Below, piece by piece: positions 1 to 10,800 of a DNA stretch of 34,117 nt; positions within the stretch are counted from its first letter, which is position 1, and each line of letters begins with the position of its first letter. Below the pieces are notes generated by a model, which was given only the letters and a program-made list of their open reading frames with translations, ran no database searches and was not told the DNA's origin. The position numbers and the translations under genes were made by a program. This DNA is from Verrucomicrobiales bacterium (GTDB lineage Bacteria; Verrucomicrobiota; Verrucomicrobiia; Verrucomicrobiales; V1-33), in contig JANOAV010000056.1 of assembly GCA_031411295.1 (NCBI GenBank), positions 1-34,117 of the forward strand, read 5' to 3'.

Positions 1-87
1 CACAGGCATCTGACCATTGAAGTAAATGACCCGCCCATCAAAACGCTGAAAGCCAAGCTCCGGCGTAATAAGAGTGCAAGCGTCTGA
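1..87 (+). CDS. Possible 3' end of a CDS entering from the left edge (…HRHLTIEVNDPPIKTLKAKLRRNKSASV*)
   Basis: Frame +1 is open from base 1 to TGA at 85-87. Too short to identify. Confidence 0.35.
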   Translation, partial: HRHLTIEVNDPPIKTLKAKLRRNKSASV

Positions 88-213
88 GAAAATGGGAAGT
101 TGAGGTTGAGGCACTGCCAAAAAGTAACCAATACCCCTCCAGAGTCTAGCTCAATGACTTTCCAGCATCCCATCTCTTCCCCTTGTCACTACGTCCGCAG
201 GTCAGGATGTCTG

Positions 214-487
214 AGGCTGCCGGGCTGGAGCATGCTGTTGGTTAGAGATGGGTAGGGGGGATGGCTGCGGGTGGTGCCGTCTGAGGACAGTCGGCACACG
301 TTCCTCGTGACGCACCTTGGAACGTGTCTCGGCTGTCCTCAGCCGAGAGCACAGGGTGAGGGGGATCAGGCTGCTGGGCTGCCGTATGATGTTAGTTAGT
401 GATGGATGGGTGTTGGCTGCGGGTGGTGCCGACTGAGGACAGTCAGCATACGTTTCTCACGACGCACCTTGGAACGTGTCTCGGCTG
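214..487. repeat. Two imperfect tandem copies (~214-335, ~368-487) of a REP/REPIN-like inverted-hairpin unit
   Basis: Shared core TGGCTGCGGGTGGTGCCG(T/A)CTGAGGACAGTC…GACGCACCTTGGAACGTGTCTCGGCTG. Copy 1 has hairpins GTGCCGTCTGAGGACAGTCGGCAC (274-297) and CTCGGCTGTCCTCAGCCGAG (328-347) in inverted orientation, joined by ACGTTCC/GGAACGT. Copy 2 is truncated at 487. Confidence 0.8.
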
Positions 488-737
488 ACGATAACATTTC
501 CGGACTTGCGTCAGGTCAACACTCGCCAACAATTTGGACTAATGTTGTTCTCGGGCGTTTGTGCCGCACCGCTTACAGCAGACGCCAACACCATGAGCAG
601 CAATCATCCGACAAGAAGGGTAAACGAAAAAGCATGCAGGCAACGGCGCGAATGGCATCTGTCGTGTCATGGGCACGCGTAAACAAGGTGGCTGCCGCAC
701 GTTGCCAACGCGGTGGATGGATGTTACCGCCTTGCGC

Positions 738-2792
738 ATGAGAAATTTTATTCCTGTGCTGTGCTTGAGTGTGCTGGTGAACCCGCTTTTGATCAGAGCG
801 GCGGATCCTGTCTATGATGTTGTCATTTATGGTGGCACGTCGGCCGGGGTGACCGCGGCTATCGAAACACTGCGCACCGGGCGCACGGCCATCCTGATTG
901 AACCCAGCCAGCATGTGGGGGGCCTGACTTCAGGCGGCCTGGGGATGACGGACAGTGGGGACAATCGGGCCATCGGCGGCATGGCCCGGGAATTCTACCA
1001 ACGCACCAAGCGGCACTACGATCAGCCGTCGGCATGGAGGCAGGAAAAGCCGGAAGCTTATTCGCACTATAAGAAAGCCGAAGATGCCATCTGGCGCTTC
1101 GAGCCCGCGGTGGCGGAGAAGATCCTGCGGGAAATGCTCGCGGAGGTGAAGGCTACCGTCATTTACGGAGAGCGGTTGGATTTGCGGGCTGGCGTGATCA
1201 AGCAAGGTCTGGAAATTAAATCCATCAAAATGGAAAGCGGCAAAACCTATGCGGGGAAACGTTTCATCGATGCCAGCTATGAAGGCGATCTCATGGCCAA
1301 GGCGGGCGTGAGTTATACGGTGGGGCGGGAGGCCAATGCGCAGTATGGCGAAATGTATAACGGGGTGCAGACGAAGAATTCGCACAGCCATCAGTTCACG
1401 ATGCCAGTGGATCCGTATGTGAAACCGGGCGATCCCAAGAGCGGCCTGCTGCCGGGCATTCATGCCGGCCCGCCGGGAACCGAAGGTGGCGCGGACAAGC
1501 TGGTGCAGGCGTATTGTTTCCGACTCTGCATGACCGACGATGTTGCCAACATGATTCCCTGGAGCAAGCCTGAAGGCTACGATCCACTGCGCTATGAGTT
1601 GGGCCTGCGCTATGCGGTGGGGGGTAACAAAATCTGGATGAAACCGGATTTCATGCCGAATCGCAAGACGGACACGAATAACAACGGCGGCTTCTCGATG
1701 GATAACATCGGCATGAACTACGACTATCCGGATGGTGATTATGCGACGCGCGAGAAAATTTTGCGGGAGCACTACCAATACCAAATGGGGCTGTGCTATT
1801 TCTTTGCCAACGATCCCAGAGTTCCAGCGCAGGTGCGGAAGGAGTTCTCCCGCTTCGGTTTGGCGAAGGATGAATTTACCGATAACAAAGGTTGGCCGCA
1901 TCAGATCTACGTGCGCGAAGCGCGGCGGATGATTGGAGGCTATGTCCACAGCGAACTAGATTGCCGCCGGCAACGGGCCACGCCCGCCAGCGTGGGCATG
2001 GGGAGCTACAACATGGATTCGCATAACTGTCAGCGTTATGTGGATGCCGATGGCCTGGCGCGGAATGAAGGAGATGTCCAGAAATTCCCCGGCGGAGCGT
2101 ATCCCATTTCCTATCAATGCCTTGTCCCCAAAGCCATGGAGTGCACGAACTTGTTGGTGCCAGTGTGTGTTTCCAGCAGTCATATTGCCTACGGCAGCAT
2201 CCGCATGGAACCAGTGTTCATGGTGTTGGGTCAGAGTGCGGCGGCCGCTGCTTGTTTAAGTTTGGAGGCTGGGACTACGGTGCAGGCGGTAAATTATGAT
2301 CAGCTCAAAGCAAAACTCCTGAAAGCAAACCAAGTGCTGGAGTTGGCTCCCAAAGCCGGAATTTCCAGCATCGATCCGAAATCACTCAAGGGAATCGTGG
2401 TGGATGATGCCGCCGCCAAGAGGGTGGGGGAGTGGACTGAAGGCACGGCCACGAAGGGCTATATTGGCCAGAGCTATCTGCATGATGGGGATGCGGGAAA
2501 AGGCACGAAACAAGTGAGCTTCACGCTGCCCATCGCCAAGGCGGGAACTTACACGGTCGAAGTTGCCTATACTGCGCTCGCTAACCGAGCCGCCAACGTG
2601 CCCGTGAAAATTGCCACCAGTGAAGGTGTTCGCAGCGTGGTGCTAAACCAAAAATCACCCACGACGCATGAAGGGTTTTTCCCCGTGGGTAAATTCAGTT
2701 TCTCTCCGGCCCAGCCTGCGACGGTCACCATCAGCAACGAAGGCACCGACGGACATGTGATTGTGGATGCCGTGCGGTTGCTGGCAGATTAG
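738..2792 (+). CDS. Secreted FAD-dependent oxidoreductase (FAD_oxidored type) with a C-terminal xanthan-lyase/golvesin-like beta-sandwich domain
   Basis: Signal peptide MRNFIPVLCLSVLVNPLLIRA from ATG 738. Rossmann motif DVVIYGGTSAGVTAA, GGLTSGGLG, FIDASYEGDL, YVREARRMIG, GSIRMEPVFM. C-terminal GIVVDD…YLHDG…VIVDAVR domain. Confidence 0.85.
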   Translation: MRNFIPVLCLSVLVNPLLIRAADPVYDVVIYGGTSAGVTAAIETLRTGRTAILIEPSQHVGGLTSGGLGMTDSGDNRAIGGMAREFYQRTKRHYDQPSAWRQEKPEAYSHYKKAEDAIWRFEPAVAEKILREMLAEVKATVIYGERLDLRAGVIKQGLEIKSIKMESGKTYAGKRFIDASYEGDLMAKAGVSYTVGREANAQYGEMYNGVQTKNSHSHQFTMPVDPYVKPGDPKSGLLPGIHAGPPGTEGGADKLVQAYCFRLCMTDDVANMIPWSKPEGYDPLRYELGLRYAVGGNKIWMKPDFMPNRKTDTNNNGGFSMDNIGMNYDYPDGDYATREKILREHYQYQMGLCYFFANDPRVPAQVRKEFSRFGLAKDEFTDNKGWPHQIYVREARRMIGGYVHSELDCRRQRATPASVGMGSYNMDSHNCQRYVDADGLARNEGDVQKFPGGAYPISYQCLVPKAMECTNLLVPVCVSSSHIAYGSIRMEPVFMVLGQSAAAAACLSLEAGTTVQAVNYDQLKAKLLKANQVLELAPKAGISSIDPKSLKGIVVDDAAAKRVGEWTEGTATKGYIGQSYLHDGDAGKGTKQVSFTLPIAKAGTYTVEVAYTALANRAANVPVKIATSEGVRSVVLNQKSPTTHEGFFPVGKFSFSPAQPATVTISNEGTDGHVIVDAVRLLAD

Positions 2793-2988
2793 CGACATGC
2801 TGGACCGTAGCCGTCATCGCTCCGCGTCACGGCATCGTTAGTGGGCGCATGGGAGCTTGGAGGGACATTGCCTTGCGCAGAGAGGCGTGGGGAGGTTGGG
2901 CCGGGGAGGCTGTGGACTGGGTTCTGGGCGGCCTTTGGGGCGGGCGAGTCGTGCTGGTCATCACGCGGAGCGATAATGACTACTGTAG

Positions 2989-4845
2989 CTACTGCAGGGC
3001 TTCCAGTTCCTGCAGTGCCTTTTCCCAAGCGGCCTGGGTTGATTCGACTTGGTTCTGGATCTTGAGTAGTTGACGATTGAGATCAATGGCTCGGCTGCCG
3101 CTGGCGTAAGTTTCAGGACGCTCCAGTTCGATGGCTAAGTGTTTTTGCTGCTCTTCGCACTTGGCCACATCGCGCTCCAACTTGCTGACCTTCTCCTCGA
3201 CCTCCTTGCGCAGGCGGCTTTTGGCTTGGCGGGCTTCGGCTTCAGCGCGTTTTTGCTCTTTGGTTTTGAAAACGGATTCGCGCGGAGCCGCTTTTGTTTC
3301 CACGATTTCCCCCGCCCGGGCATCAGTTAGCTTTTCGCCTGCGGTGAGGGCCTCGCGTTCATTGGTAGCTTTGGATTTGTCCAAATAATACTGATAGTCT
3401 CCGGCATACGGCGTGAGTTTTCCCGCACTGATGTGGAGCACGCTGGTAGCCATGGCGCGGATGAAATAGACGTCGTGGCTAATGAACAGGAGCGTGCCTT
3501 CGTAGTCCTGGAGCGCGGTCACGAGGGCATCGATGCTGCCGATGTCCAAGTGCGTGGTGGGCTCGTCCATGAGCAGGAGGTTCGGCGGAGAGAGTAACAT
3601 TTTGCAGAGCGCCAAACGGGTTTTTTCCCCACCGCTGAGGACGGCCACAGGCTTGAAAACATCGTCCCCGCGGAAGAGGAAGGCGCCCAGAATGGTGCGG
3701 GCAGTTTGCTCGAAAACGCGCTCGGGCAGGTCCATGGCCTCTTCCAACACGGTGCGTTCCAGGTTGAACATTTCCTGACGATACTGGCTGAAGTAACCGG
3801 ACTTCACATTATGGCCCAGATCCCGTTCGCCCTTTTGAGGTTGCAGCACTCCGGCCAGCAATTTCAGCAGGGTGGATTTTCCGGCCCCGTTGGGACCGAC
3901 AAGGACGGTGCGGGAGCCGCGCTCAATCTCGAAATCCATGCCTTCATAGACGGACACGCTATCATAGGCAAAATGGATGTCTTTCAACGTGCCCACCCGC
4001 TGACCACTGCGTGGAGGCTGGGGGAAACGGAAGGCAACTTTCTTTTCGGAACCCTGCGGAGCTTCGATGCGTTCGATTTTATCCAACTGCTTCAGCTTGC
4101 TCTGGGCTTGGGAGGCTTTGCTGGCTTTGGCGCGGAAGCGGTCTGCGAAGTCCTGCAGTTTGTTGATTTCCCGCTGCTGATTGAGGTAGGCGGCAGCGTG
4201 TTGGTGTTCGCGCGCTTCCTTTTCCACGACGTAGACATCGTAGTTGCCACGATACCGGGTGAGCTTCTGCCGACTGAGTTCAATCACGCCATCAATCAGG
4301 TAGTTGAGGAAGGCCCGATCGTGAGAAATCATCAAGATGGCCCCAGCATAGCGGCGTTTGAGGTATTCCTGGAACCAGATGAGCGATTCGAGATCGAGGT
4401 GATTGGTCGGTTCGTCCAGCAGGAGTAAATCAGGCTCCATGACCAGCAGTCGGGCCAAGTGCGCCCGCATGACCCAGCCGCCGGAAAGCGTGCGGGCGGG
4501 GCGATCGAAATCGGAATCGCGGAAGGCTAGACCGCGGAGGATGGTTTTGGCCTTGGGTTCGCTTTCCCAATCGGCTTCGTCCCCACCCATGGCAAGCTCA
4601 AGCACGGTTTGATCACCAACGGGGGCGCTTTCCTGGGGCAAGTAGCCGAAGGTGCAGCCCTTTTCCCAGAGCACTTTGCCATCATCAGGTGAGGCTTCAC
4701 CCAGGATGATGGAAAAGAGGGTGGTTTTCCCCGCCCCATTGGCACCAACTAAACCAAGCCGATCCCCACGATTGAGCTGGAGGGTGAGGTCGGAAAATAA
4801 AACGCGGCCAGCAAAGGCCTTGGATAGAGCGGAGAGACTTAGCAT
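2989..4845 (-). CDS. ABC-F family ATPase (YheS/Uup-like ribosome-associated translation factor)
   Basis: Two NBDs (GANGAGKTT/LSGGW/LLLDEPTNHLD and GPNGAGKST/LSGGE/LLMDEPTTHLD), a PtIM-type linker (RFRAKASKASQAQS), no TM segments, C-terminal coiled coil. Confidence 0.92.
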   Translation of the reverse strand: MLSLSALSKAFAGRVLFSDLTLQLNRGDRLGLVGANGAGKTTLFSIILGEASPDDGKVLWEKGCTFGYLPQESAPVGDQTVLELAMGGDEADWESEPKAKTILRGLAFRDSDFDRPARTLSGGWVMRAHLARLLVMEPDLLLLDEPTNHLDLESLIWFQEYLKRRYAGAILMISHDRAFLNYLIDGVIELSRQKLTRYRGNYDVYVVEKEAREHQHAAAYLNQQREINKLQDFADRFRAKASKASQAQSKLKQLDKIERIEAPQGSEKKVAFRFPQPPRSGQRVGTLKDIHFAYDSVSVYEGMDFEIERGSRTVLVGPNGAGKSTLLKLLAGVLQPQKGERDLGHNVKSGYFSQYRQEMFNLERTVLEEAMDLPERVFEQTARTILGAFLFRGDDVFKPVAVLSGGEKTRLALCKMLLSPPNLLLMDEPTTHLDIGSIDALVTALQDYEGTLLFISHDVYFIRAMATSVLHISAGKLTPYAGDYQYYLDKSKATNEREALTAGEKLTDARAGEIVETKAAPRESVFKTKEQKRAEAEARQAKSRLRKEVEEKVSKLERDVAKCEEQQKHLAIELERPETYASGSRAIDLNRQLLKIQNQVESTQAAWEKALQELEALQ

Positions 4846-5033
4846 GAATGAAATTTAAACGGTCAAAGAAACAGCCCGTTCTTTGGCGCTCATGCTGCGG
4901 GGACGCAAGGAGAGAAGTGTCCCGTGGGTGGTTAAAGCCTGGAAATGACGAACCCTCGCATCGGACTTCTGCGGATGCTGGTGGGAAACTTACAGGGCTT
5001 CGGAGTGACTGGTGGATAGGATGTCCACCCTCC

Positions 5034-5492
5034 TTAGAGTTCCTCGCTGACGCTGAAGGTCATGTTGCGGATGCCTGCGAATTGCAGGGCATTCAGCACG
5101 TCGGCCACGCGGCTGTATTTGGTGTCAGGTTGGGTGCTGACCGTGACGACCACTTCGCTCTTGTCGGCCCGTCCTTGTTCAGCCAAGCGGGTCATGCGGG
5201 CTTTTAACTGCTCCAGATCTCCATCTTTTTTCCCACCAGAATCAAGCAATTCGTCATTGTGGGCAATGACCCCATTCTCGTCGATGACAATGGTCTCCTC
5301 AAGGGATTCCATGCCGGTTACGCTGGTGGAAGTTTCTGCGCTGCCCGGAAGTTTGGACTTAATTTCCGTTTCCGTTTGGCGGGCTCCCACCTTGACCATG
5401 AAGAAGAGCATGATCACGAAAACAACGTCGATCATGGGGGCAATCTGGAAACCGACGTCTTCGTTTTTGTGTTCGTGTTTAATGCGACCCAT
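5034..5492 (-). CDS. exbD: Biopolymer transporter ExbD/TolR
   Basis: TM motif FQIAPMIDVVFVIMLFFMV with the conserved Asp, followed by a periplasmic domain. Confidence 0.9.
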   Translation of the reverse strand: MGRIKHEHKNEDVGFQIAPMIDVVFVIMLFFMVKVGARQTETEIKSKLPGSAETSTSVTGMESLEETIVIDENGVIAHNDELLDSGGKKDGDLEQLKARMTRLAEQGRADKSEVVVTVSTQPDTKYSRVADVLNALQFAGIRNMTFSVSEEL

Positions 5493-5506
5493 AGTGCTTG
5501 GATTGG

Positions 5507-5941
5507 CTATTGAGCCTGGTTTACGGTTAGGAAGGCGATGTTGTCGATGCCAGCTTGCGCGGCACAGTTCATGACCTTTTGAATTTCTTTGGCTTGGAGG
5601 TCTCGATCCCCCCGGATGAGAACTTCCGGATTGGTGCGCCCCACCTTCTTAGCTTCCAAGGCGTTCTTCAGAGATTCATCGTCCTCGTATTTGGAGCCAT
5701 CCAGCATGAAGGCTGCCTTCTGGTTTTCGTTGCTCCATTTGACGTTGACGATCATTTGGTTGCTGTTCGGTTTCCGTTCCTTGGCATCGGGCGCCACGGG
5801 CAGGTGAATGTTTTTGTCCACCGCCTCCACTTGCGCAGTGGTAATGGACATAAAGAAGATGAGCAACGTGAGTAAAACGTCGATCATTGGAGCGATTTGA
5901 AATTCGGGTTCGCCCTCACCGCCGCCGCCGCCGCCGCCCAT
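5507..5941 (-). CDS. exbD: Biopolymer transporter ExbD/TolR (second paralog)
   Basis: FQIAPMIDVLLTLLIFFM, VLIRGD, CAAQAGIDNIAF. Confidence 0.9.
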   Translation of the reverse strand: MGGGGGGGEGEPEFQIAPMIDVLLTLLIFFMSITTAQVEAVDKNIHLPVAPDAKERKPNSNQMIVNVKWSNENQKAAFMLDGSKYEDDESLKNALEAKKVGRTNPEVLIRGDRDLQAKEIQKVMNCAAQAGIDNIAFLTVNQAQ

Positions 5942-5986
5942 AAGATTAGAAAGTTACTGAGTTAGTAAGAAAGTGAGAAACACAAG

Positions 5987-6790
5987 TTACTCCGCGTGAA
6001 CGGCTTCGCCATCAGCGGGAGCGTCCACCCAGTTCGGGGCATTGGCGAAGAGTTCCTGATCTCCGATATGCACGCCTTCGGCCAGATGGTAAGGAAGTTT
6101 ACGGAAGAGGTTGAAGCACTCGTATTCCACTTCTTGCATGGAGTTTTGGAGGCGGTTGCGGAGGAAGTAGTAAGCCATGAACGCAGGCACCGCTACAAAA
6201 AGACCAGCGGCAGTAGCCACGAGCACTTCACCGATAGCGGCAGCGAGTTTGTCAGCATTGCCAGCGACGTTGCCGCCACCAAGTTCCTTAAAGGCTTTGA
6301 TCATCCCGGTTACGGTTCCGATCAGACCGATCATCGGGGTGCAAACCCCGAGCACGGAAAGATAGGAGAGACGAACGGAACCGCGGGCAAGTTCCTTGGT
6401 CATTTCCGCGAGCATGGCGTCTTCCGTGGCATCTTTGCCATCACCCAAGGAAATGAGTCCCGCCCGAGTGACGTTGTTCAGGGCGCAGGGCGTTTCGTTA
6501 CAAATTTGATAAGCGCCCACGTAATCGCCAGCGCGGAAGGAATTGCGGAGTTTTTCCTGTTCCATGGGAGGAACCAGGCGGATGCTGCGGGTGCGGAGGA
6601 TACCGTCGGTGATGAGCCAGACCATGGCCACGGAACAAAGTCCGAGCGGCCACATCACCCAGCCGCCTTTGACGATTTCGTCCCAGAGGGATTCTTGGTG
6701 AACGTCCTTAGTTTCCTGAGCCGAAGCAATGGAAGTGAGCAGACCGAAGAAGGCGGTAGTTAGGAGGTAGGAAAATGATTTTAATTTCAT
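5987..6790 (-). CDS. exbB: MotA/TolQ/ExbB proton channel protein
   Basis: GGWVMWPL, PMIGLIGTVTGMIKAF, IGEVLVATAAGLFVAVPA. Start moved to ATG 6790 (MKLKSFSYLL, signal-like) because the longer ORF start overlaps the upstream gene. Confidence 0.9.
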   Translation of the reverse strand: MKLKSFSYLLTTAFFGLLTSIASAQETKDVHQESLWDEIVKGGWVMWPLGLCSVAMVWLITDGILRTRSIRLVPPMEQEKLRNSFRAGDYVGAYQICNETPCALNNVTRAGLISLGDGKDATEDAMLAEMTKELARGSVRLSYLSVLGVCTPMIGLIGTVTGMIKAFKELGGGNVAGNADKLAAAIGEVLVATAAGLFVAVPAFMAYYFLRNRLQNSMQEVEYECFNLFRKLPYHLAEGVHIGDQELFANAPNWVDAPADGEAVHAE

Positions 6791-6878
6791 GGGAGTAGTT
6801 TCTTTGGAAGTAGCGAAATGTTGCCGTGGCGTCAAGTAAAGTTGTCGTAAACCAAGCCGGACGAGACGAATCAGGGAG

Positions 6879-7808
6879 TTATTTTGTGGTTTCTGGGGAT
6901 TTTTCGGTGGCAGCCTTCTCAGCTTTTTCGGCTTCATCGGCCTTGGCCTGGGTGGCCGCGCCGAGAATTTTCATGAGTGCGTCCAGTTCCTTTTTGGCAC
7001 TCTGGGCCTGGGGACTGGTGGGGTAACGCTCCTTGATGCCGTTGAGCATATCACGGGAGTCTTCTAACCGGTCCATCTTGGTCAGGGAGCGGGCTGCCCC
7101 CAGTTCTGCGATGGGAAGCTGGTCGGACTGCGATCCGTAAAAAACGCTGACGCTGAGATAGGCTTCAAGCGCGGACGGATAGTCTGCCAGTTTGTAATGA
7201 ATGTCTCCGAGGAGGATGTAAAGTTTGGCCAGCACGGAGGCGTCATCGGTCTGCGGAATCAGCTTGATGACGGAAGTCTTGGCGGGGCCACTGAGGCCCT
7301 TGGCAAAATCGATCAGGGCGTCAATCCCACCAAACCGCACCTGAGCGGGGCCAGACAAGTTGATGGTCTTGATTTCCGTGCGCAGTTTGTCGTATTCCTC
7401 GGCGCTTTTGGTGCCATGCATGGCCAAGGCCTCCAGCTTGGTTAGCGCGGCCGCACTCCAGTAGGAGCCAGGGGTGGATTTAAAGGGAGCAAACTGCTTG
7501 ATAACAGAATCGATTTTCTCCAAGGCGGTATCGGGATTGCCGCGATTGATGGCCGCCTCGGCGTCCTGGAGGTCGGAGGGTTCCGGGAAATCCAAGCGGA
7601 CGATGTTGGTGGCTGGGATGTTGACGATCCGGTCCTTGCCAGTGGAAGCTTCGATTTGACGCCAGGCCACGCTGCTGCCTTGCAGGGTGACGTCAGCCCA
7701 AGGGATCTCTTTGCCATCAGTGGTAAAGAGTTTTTGCGCATGACTGATCGAGATCAGGGAAACGGCCATGATCAGACCAGTGGTGAGGCGGGTGGAGATG
7801 GAGAGCAT
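6879..7808 (-). CDS. Exported tetratricopeptide-repeat protein (CpoB/YbgF-like C-terminus)
   Basis: Signal peptide ending SHA-Q. TPR-like helices LYILLGDIHYKLADYPSALEAY, and ERYPTSPQAQSA. Confidence 0.7.
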   Translation of the reverse strand: MLSISTRLTTGLIMAVSLISISHAQKLFTTDGKEIPWADVTLQGSSVAWRQIEASTGKDRIVNIPATNIVRLDFPEPSDLQDAEAAINRGNPDTALEKIDSVIKQFAPFKSTPGSYWSAAALTKLEALAMHGTKSAEEYDKLRTEIKTINLSGPAQVRFGGIDALIDFAKGLSGPAKTSVIKLIPQTDDASVLAKLYILLGDIHYKLADYPSALEAYLSVSVFYGSQSDQLPIAELGAARSLTKMDRLEDSRDMLNGIKERYPTSPQAQSAKKELDALMKILGAATQAKADEAEKAEKAATEKSPETTK

Positions 7809-7827
7809 AGTCTGCGAAGATGAGAGG

Positions 7828-10800
7828 TTAGGAGCCCAGGGAGATGTTGAGTTTGGCGGCCTTGTCTTTCAACAATTGCATAGCTGGAGAGGCTTCCAAT
7901 TTACGCTTTTTAAGGTAATCACGAGCTTCCTGTAAATGGCTCTTGGCCTTGTCAGGTTCCCCCAAGGCGCGGAAGGTCTCGGCCGCTTCGGTATAGCCTT
8001 TGATGGACCAGTCCGTAAATTTACCGAAGGAAAGGAAGATCCGCTGATAATAGTTCACGGCTTCAGGATATTTCTTCTGAGCGAAGGCGTTTTGACCCAG
8101 CCAGTAAAGCGCTTCGGCGGTGAGTTCCCCTTTCCATTCTTTGTTGCCGACGATTTCCAGCAGGGGTTTTTCCACCTCCTCGTATTTCTGTTGCATGAAC
8201 TGGGCCTTCGCCACCCCCATCAGGGCATTCGGATATTTCATCCCGGGCATTTCGTCCTTGGCTTTGGTATAATTTTTCTCTGCCTCGGCGTAGTTCTTCT
8301 GCTCAAAAGCAATGTCGCCCAAGCCAACCAGGGCGAAATCAACGTAGTCCGATTTCGGGAAGCTGTTCATCAAGCGGTTGTAGCATTGCGTAGCTTTTTC
8401 GATCACGCCACGCTTGCGCAAATGTTCGCCCACGAATGCCAGCAGGGTGCTGGAGAGGTCGTCCGGCTTTACCTTCTGCGCCATCTCGTCCATCAGTTTG
8501 TCCACTTCGGCGGTGCGGTCGATGCGCTTCTTCGGATCGGCCGGGTCCACTTTGGGTGGCACCATCTTGAGAAGTTGCACCTTGGCATATTCCAAACGGG
8601 CTTCGCCCGTGCCGTTGAGCTTGCCAGTCGAACCGCCGAGCCATTTTTCCAACTCCTTGGAGCCGACCAGAAAAGGATCCTCATCTGGAGCGGCTGGCGC
8701 TGGGGCCACGGCAACTGGGGCGGGTTTGCCCGGCTCGGCGGCAGGAGTCACGGGTTTGGGCTTACGCTTGGGGATACAGGCCTGGGCCAGTTGTTCCAAC
8801 AGCATTTCCACGCCTTCGGTGTTGGAGCGGTTGATGTTGCCGAGGATTTGCTCGGAGAGGAATTTCTTGTTATATTCGTTGGCCGCGTTTTTCTCTTCCA
8901 GGGTCTTGGCTTCCCGACTGCGGGCTTTGCACACCCAGTAAATGGCTTTCAGGCGGTCAGGATGAGTGGGGCGGGATTTGACGAATTCCTCGTGCATGGT
9001 GCGCATCTCCTTCCAGCGCCCGGCCGCCTGCAGCTTGGTGCGGGCTTGTTCCATGCAGTAATCAAGCACGTCATCATTGGTGGCTTTGGCCGCACCATGC
9101 ATATAGGCATCACCGGTTTCCTGATCCTGGTCGATGTTGGCCTCAGTGACTTCTGCGGCGGTCATTTGATCATAACAATCCCCCAGGAGGGCGTAGAGTT
9201 CACCTGCAATGAGGGTGTTGGGATCACCTTTGAGGACGTCGTTCACCTCATTGATGACGCGGCGGAAGTTAGACTTGTATTCCGGATTCTTCTTCAAGTT
9301 GGCCTTGGTCTTGGCGGCCTGTTCTTCGCCATACATGACGATGCCGAGCCGGTAACGCGCATCGCTCTTGTAGGCACCATTCGGGTAGGTCGAAATGTAA
9401 TTGCTGAGCTGCTTGATGGTCTCCGCGTAGTTGTTTTCGAAGAAGAATGTCAGGGCGTAACGGTAGTCCACTTCTTCTTTGAAGGCGTCATTGGGCCATT
9501 TTTTGCGATACTCGTCGAGTCCAGCGCGGGCATCTTTGAAGGCGTAGAGGGAGAAATCACAGGTGATGGCATATAAGGCCAGTTTGGAGGCGCTGGGATT
9601 GTCGGGTTGGGACTTGAGAATTTCGTTGGCGGTGGCTTTGGCAGTGACGAAATCATTCACTTCCATGGACATGGTGACTGCCAGTTCCGAGACCTGCGGA
9701 ACCTCCCCACCTTTGGGGTAGGCCTTGAGATACTCTTTTGAAAGTTTGAGCGCGTCCTCCTTTTTCTTGAGTTCCACCAAGCATACGATCTGGCCGAACA
9801 TGGCGCTGGAGGCATTGGCGAACGCGGGGTAGCTCTTGCCGATGGTGCGGAAGGCTAACTCTGCTTCCCAGTAGCGGCGGAGCTTGGTGAAGGCGCGCCC
9901 AATCTGATAAATGACGGTGGCATCGTAACCTTCGTCCTTCTTGACGGTCTCCAGCATCTCTTGGAGCTGCTTGAGTCGTGCGGAACCTTCCTCAATCAGT
10001 GGTTGGAATTTGGCACCAGCGGGTCCTTTCAGCGCGCTGCGAGCTCTGGTCCACTCGGCAATTTTGTTCGTCAGGACGACGTTGCGTGCTTCCTGCAGGC
10101 GCACCACTTCGCTCTTGCGGCGGATGGCTTGGAGGGCGACCAGAGCTAAATCCGGCTTGGATTCAACAAAAGGAATCGCAGTTTCCTGAGCCTTGGCGTT
10201 AATGATGATGACAAAGTCCGCCGCACTGGGGCTGTTCTTGATTTTATCGATGATTTCGATGCCTTTTTCAGGCTGATCCACGGATAAATAAAGGGTCGCC
10301 AAGCGCAGAGCGGCATTGATGCGCTCGGTGGATCCGTAGCCCTTTTTTAGAAAATCAGTCAGCACTTTAACGGCCTCGGCCCCTTGGTCGCTCTTTTCAT
10401 AAGCCTCGCCCAGCAGGGGGAGGACTTGATCGGTAAGTTCCGGGACGTTGCGGATTTTCTCGAATTGAGCGGCGGAGCCTTTGAAGTCACCGCTGAAGAA
10501 CAGCACTTTGCCGATCAACATCGCCACGTCTTTAAGATAGGCCCCGGTGGGATATCCAGTCTCATATTTCCTGAGATATTCCAGGGCCGGAGCCCAAGCT
10601 TTGATCTGGGCGTTGGCAATGCCAATCATGTAATAGACCTCATCGATCTTTTCCTTCAAGCCCAAGGCTTCGGAGCTTTTCGCCAGCGTAATGAGCTTGG
10701 GGCCAGCGACGGCAAAATCTTGAGATTCGAAAGCGGCTGAGGCTTCTTTGGCCAAATCCGCAAATTCCAACGGATTTTTCGCCAGGGGCGGTTCGCTGGA

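Noticed and set aside
214..487. Left-end repeats as a CRISPR array
   Set aside because: Only two long diverged units whose intervening sequence is also similar. This fits REP doublets and not a repeat-spacer array.
490..660. Minus-strand frame resembling a broken signal peptide (…HAFSFTLLVG*LLLMVLASAVSGAAQ…)
   Set aside because: No start codon before the hydrophobic stretch, an internal stop and no homology evidence. It could be a gene remnant but cannot be supported.
5918..5938. (GGC)n tract at the exbD start as a phase-variation site
   Set aside because: It is an in-frame trinucleotide repeat encoding poly-Gly, so slippage would not shift the frame.
7936..9576. 546-aa plus-strand ORF, and similar long antisense ORFs (930-1949, 3706-4428, 5996-6763, 13675-14532, 20798-21643, 25076-26122)
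   Set aside because: They lie antisense to well-supported genes and have no recognisable motifs. These are typical shadow ORFs of GC-rich coding DNA.
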